Below, in pieces: positions 62,000-64,000 of a stretch of DNA of 64,000 nt (the first letter of the stretch is position 1; each line of letters opens with the position of its first letter). This stretch comes from Camelus dromedarius (Eukaryota). The stretch spans positions 7,378,001 to 7,442,000 of the forward strand of contig NC_087436.1 in the NCBI RefSeq assembly GCF_036321535.1. Direction: 5' to 3'. The notes below the pieces were generated by a model. The model was not told where the DNA came from, did no database searches, and saw only the letters and a program-made list of their open reading frames with translations. A program made the position numbers and the translations under genes.

Positions 62000-62435
62000 T
62001 ATCTGATGAAAGTTTATGTCTATATCTGTAAATAAATCTGTATCTGTATCCACATAAGCATGGAGGTTCAGGCAGGGATGGGAAAATGTCCCATCTTTCC
62101 ATTTGTGCTTCAAAGACTGGCATTGGCCACCTTCCTAATTGAGCAATTAATGTCTGATGTGTATGTTTTAGCAAAGCATGTAAACATACACTTGGTTAAT
62201 TTTCAGGTTTTCCTTTCTATTTTTTATTTTATTTATTTATACATTTATTGATTTATTATCTATCTACATATGTGTATATTTTATTTTATTTTATTACTAA
62301 AAAATCACAAACTATACAAACTAAGCTACACTGGTGGTATATGTGTGTGGAAGCAGCATTTCCTCTGTGCTAGATTCCTTTTCCATTTGAAAACTGATAT
62401 TCTTAACTGACTCATGACTTGAATTTTTAAAAATC

Positions 62436-64000
62436 TTTTTATTATTTTTAATGTTTTAAATTGAAGTGTAGTTGATATACAACATTGTATAAGTTGCAAA
62501 TGTACACTATAGTGATTCACAATTTTTAAAGGTAATAATCCATTTATAGTTATTTTAAAATACTGGCTATATTCCCAGTGTTGTACTATATTTTCTTGTA
62601 GCTTATTTTATATCTATTAGTTTGTACCTCTTAATCTCCTACTCCTGTATTTGCACCCCCTCTTCCCTCTCCCTACTGGTAACCCCTAGTTTGTTCTCTA
62701 TGTGAATCTGCTTCTTTCTTGTTATGTTCACTAGTTTGTTCTAATTTTTAGATTCCACATACAAGTGATATCATACAGTATTTGTCTTTCTCTGTCTCAC
62801 TTATTTCACTTAGCATAATGCCCTATAAGTCCATTCATGTTGCTGCAAATGGCAAAATCTCATTCTTTTTTATCGCTGAGTAGTATTCCTTTGTATACCA
62901 CTTCTTCTTTATCCAGTCATCTGTTGATGGACACTTAGGTTGCTTCCATAGCTTGGCTATTATAAATAATGCTCCTATGAGAATTGGGGTGCATGTATCT
63001 TTTTGAATTAGTGTTTTTTTGGGGGGGAGGGATATATACCCAGAAGTGAAACTGCTGGATCATAGGGTAGTTCTAATTTTTGGCGTTTTGAGAAACCTCC
63101 ATACTATTTTTCACAGTGGCTGCATCAATTTACATTCCCACCAGTATTGAGTGTACAGGGGTTGCCTTTTGTCCACATCCTCACCAACATTTGTTATTTG
63201 TGTTCTTTTTGATGATAGACATTCTGGCCAATAAGATATCTCACTGTGGTTCTCATTTCTAATTCCTTGATGATTAGTGATGTTGAGCATCTTTTCATGT
63301 GCTTGTTGGCCTTCTGCATTTCCTCTTTGGAAAAATGCTATTTCTTCGGCTCCTTTTTTAAATCAGGTTGTTTGCCAAAGCAAACAACAGATTCAATGCA
63401 ATCTTTATCAAAATGCCAATGACATTTTTTCACAGAACTAGAACAAAAAATTTAAAAATTTGTATGAAAACACAAAAGACCCCAAATAACTAAAATAATC
63501 TTAAGAGGAACAGAGCTGGAGGAATCAGGCTCCCTGACTTCAGACCATAATACAAAGCTACAGTAATCAAGACAGTATGGCACTGGCACAAAAAACAGAT
63601 ACATAGATCAATGCAACAGGACTGAAAAACCAGAAATAAACTCATGCACTTATGGTCAATTAATCTATGACACAGGAGACAAGAATATGCAGTGGAGAAA
63701 AGACAATCTCTTCCATAAGTGGTGCTAGGAAAACTGAACAGTTACATGGAAAAGAATGAAATTAGAACATTCTCTAACACTGTATACAAAAATAAACTCA
63801 AAATAGATTAAAGACCTAAATGTCAGACTAGATACCATAAAACTGCAAGAGGAAAACATAGGCAGAACACTCTCTGACATAAATCATAGCAGTGTCTTTG
63901 GGTCTGTCTCCCAAGCAAAGGAAATAAAAGCAAAAATGAACAAATGGGACCTAATTAAACTTAAACGCTTTTCCACAGGAAAGGAAATCATCAACAAAAT
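62436..64000 (-). mobile_element. L1 with 5' inversion, running off the window end
   Basis: 3'UTR/ORF2 end on the minus strand 62436-63374; decayed ORF2 on the plus strand 63375-64000 ('agattcaatgcaatc', 'cagagctggaggaatc', 'tacaaagctacagtaatcaagacagtatgg'). Confidence 0.95.

Noticed and set aside
62343..62378. Resemblance to miR-147 ('gtgtgtggaa...')
   Set aside because: Only ~10 nt match, and no corresponding precursor hairpin.

Overview
Non-coding mammalian genomic DNA, almost certainly camelid (camel/alpaca/llama lineage), based on five copies of a vic-1-type tRNA-derived SINE. I find no credible protein-coding exon or RNA gene; the ORF track is explained by chance ORFs and decayed LINE/LTR sequence. 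The window is layered with transposable elements: young 5'-truncated L1s with clear target-site duplications (four with twin-priming 5' inversions), older L1M, L2, MIR, MaLR (MLT1) LTRs, five ERV1-type solo LTRs with 4-bp TSDs, and hAT MITEs. L1s are strongly skewed to the minus strand, suggesting a large intron of a plus-strand gene that I cannot identify. The most unusual unexplained structures are: (i) a gap-free 117-bp inverted repeat (9964-10080 / 10910-11026) whose arms each contain a ~60-nt hairpin differing by compensatory base-pair changes; (ii) a small CpG island (~19980-20350) containing four back-to-back hairpins followed by T6; (iii) compact clusters of inducible/circadian transcription-factor motifs. 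Repeat family names are recognised from memory and not from a database search; boundaries of old repeats are approximate.
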